A stretch of DNA of 62,898 bases, counting the filler, from Octopus bimaculoides (taxonomy: Eukaryota): NCBI RefSeq assembly GCF_001194135.2. It is 5 parts of 4 records of this genome, joined end to end, with 100 filler letters (N's around TTAATTAATTAA, not from the genome) between each part and the next. Parts side by side here need not be neighbours in the genome. Positions count along the whole stretch, not along the records: positions 60,975 to 62,898 come from NW_026405928.1; 4 more parts are not named here. One strand, given 5' to 3'. The notes below the pieces were generated by a model. That model was not told where the DNA came from. It ran no database searches and worked only from the letters and a program-made list of their open reading frames with translations. The translations under genes were made by a program, and so were the position numbers. Shown in pieces: positions 60,875 to 62,898 of this stretch (position 1 is its first letter; the number at the start of each line of letters is the position of its first letter).

Positions 60875-60974
60875 NNNNNNNNNNNNNNNNNNNNNNNNNN
60901 NNNNNNNNNNNNNNNNNNTTAATTAATTAANNNNNNNNNNNNNNNNNNNNNNNNNNNNNNNNNNNNNNNNNNNN
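60875..60974. other. Artificial scaffold spacer
   Basis: 44 N + TTAATTAATTAA + 44 N. Confidence 0.95.
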
Positions 60975-61236
<262 letters not shown>

Positions 61237-61570
61237 NNNNNNNNNNNNNNNNNNNNNNNNNNNNNNNNNNNNNNNNNNNNNNNNNNNNNNNNNNNNNNNN
61301 NNNNNNNNNNNNNNNNNNNNNNNNNNNNNNNNNNNNNNNNNNNNNNNNNNNNNNNNNNNNNNNNNNNNNNNNNNNNNNNNNNNNNNNNNNNNNNNNNNNN
61401 NNNNNNNNNNNNNNNNNNNNNNNNNNNNNNNNNNNNNNNNNNNNNNNNNNNNNNNNNNNNNNNNNNNNNNNNNNNNNNNNNNNNNNNNNNNNNNNNNNNN
61501 NNNNNNNNNNNNNNNNNNNNNNNNNNNNNNNNNNNNNNNNNNNNNNNNNNNNNNNNNNNNNNNNNNNNNN

Positions 61571-61840
61571 ACATACAGGTGAGAAACCCTTCCACTGAAA
61601 TATGTGGGGAATCATTTTGTTACAGTTGTACATTAACAGCACAATTATTTGTACACACTGAAATATGTGGGAAATGCTTTACCTCTAACAATGATTTGAA
61701 GAATACATACAGGAGAAAAACCCTTACACCATGAAATATGTAGGAAATCATTCTCTGATAAATTTTCTTGTGCACACCACAAAAAAATGCACTGGAGAGA
61801 AACCATTCCAATGTGAAATATGTGGGTATTCTTTTGTAGN
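61571..61840 (+). pseudogene. Degenerate C2H2 fingers (frameshifts and deletions)
   Basis: HTGEKPFH* (2-nt loss from CACTGTGAA), HT|EICGKC (linker and first Cys deleted), a further deletion before IHTGEKP, then a final TGEKPFQCEICG. Confidence 0.8.
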
Positions 61841-62123
61841 NNNNNNNNNNNNNNNNNNNNNNNNNNNNNNNNNNNNNNNNNNNNNNNNNNNNNNNNNNNN
61901 NNNNNNNNNNNNNNNNNNNNNNNNNNNNNNNNNNNNNNNNNNNNNNNNNNNNNNNNNNNNNNNNNNNNNNNNNNNNNNNNNNNNNNNNNNNNNNNNNNNN
62001 NNNNNNNNNNNNNNNNNNNNNNNNNNNNNNNNNNNNNNNNNNNNNNNNNNNNNNNNNNNNNNNNNNNNNNNNNNNNNNNNNNNNNNNNNNNNNNNNNNNN
62101 NNNNNNNNNNNNNNNNNATAGTC

Positions 62124-62263
62124 ATCAATATTTAACATCACATTTTCCATGCTGGCATGGGTTGGCCGGTTTGACTTGAGTTGGCAAACTGAAGAGCTGC
62201 ACCAGGCTCCATTTGTTTGTTTTGGCCTGGTTTTTATGGCTGGATGCCCTTCCTAATGCCAAC
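62124..62263 (-). mobile_element. Retroposon 3'-type repeat (family D)
   Basis: Reverse complement GTTGGCATTAGGAAGGGCATCCAGCC...CCAACCCATGCCAGCATGGAAAA is homologous to 62492-62630. Confidence 0.8.
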
Positions 62264-62491
62264 ATGAAATGGTGAAACATGTTAGAAATCATTTTCTCTT
62301 CTNNNNNNNNNNNNNNNNNNNNNNNNNNNNNNNNNNNNNNNNNNNNNNNNNNNNNNNNNNNNNNNNNNNNNNNNNNNNNNNNNNNNNNNNNNNNNNNNNN
62401 NNNNNNNNNNNNNNNNNNNTCATCAGTATTTTAACTTCCATGACAGGGTCTATTTTGTCAGTCACTGTGGTCAGCTGACACTCTTAGAGTG

Positions 62492-62630
62492 GTTGGTGTT
62501 AGGAAGGGCATCCAGCCAGAGAAACCATGCCAAATCAAATTGGAGTCTTGTGCTGTCATCCAGCATAGCAATCCTGGTGAAACTATCCAACCCATGACAG
62601 CATGGACAACGGATTCTAAATGATGATGAT
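62492..62630 (+). mobile_element. Retroposon 3'-type repeat (family D) with (ATG)n tail
   Basis: GTTGGTGTTAGGAAGGGCATCCAGCC...CCAACCCATGACAGCATGGACAACGG..TAAATGATGATGAT. Confidence 0.8.
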
Positions 62631-62898
62631 TTGTTCCTGATTAGTAATATTATCATGGAGGCCACTTAATGTATGTTTGAAGTCAAACAGGCACACACGT
62701 GATGGGCTTCCTTCAGTTTCTATCTGTCACATCTACTCACTTGTTTTTGTGCGGACTCAGTGTTGTGATCTTATGGAATTTCTAGCAATAACGACAGAGG
62801 CATTATTGAAATATGTACATAATTAACGATGCTAATGTGTGTATGAGGATTTAAATGAAAATTCCAAAATAACAAGATAAGATGTAAATTATTTTTAT

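Overview
AT-rich, microsatellite-saturated, gap-rich eukaryotic DNA. It is most likely from an octopus; this is inferred from the SINE families, the tandem C2H2 fingers and the TTAGGG repeats, not from a database search. Four 100-bp spacers (44 N + TTAATTAATTAA + 44 N) mark artificial scaffold joins, so gene order across them is unreliable. The only clearly recognisable host-type coding sequence is a partly degenerate tandem C2H2 zinc-finger array at about 61.0-61.8 kb. Everything else I can identify is mobile DNA: a Helitron remnant, CR1/L2-, RTE-, CRE- and R4-type LINE fragments, a Gypsy RT scrap, a TIR-complete Tc1, mariner/maT fragments, hAT- and Tigger-type MITEs, Penelope-like elements (PLEs) with GIY-YIG domains, and at least four SINE-like families. 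The most notable signal is a set of type-I hammerhead ribozyme (HHR) motifs: seven complete or degenerate motifs plus truncated halves. They include a tandem 330-360-bp repeat with one HHR per unit (7.5-8.1 kb) and a related, near-canonical HHR at the tip of a rod-like fold bounded by a perfect 22-bp inverted repeat (10974-11250). Together these suggest a retrozyme-like, self-cleaving and possibly circRNA-forming non-autonomous family mobilised by PLEs. All structures were folded by eye; none was tested computationally or experimentally.
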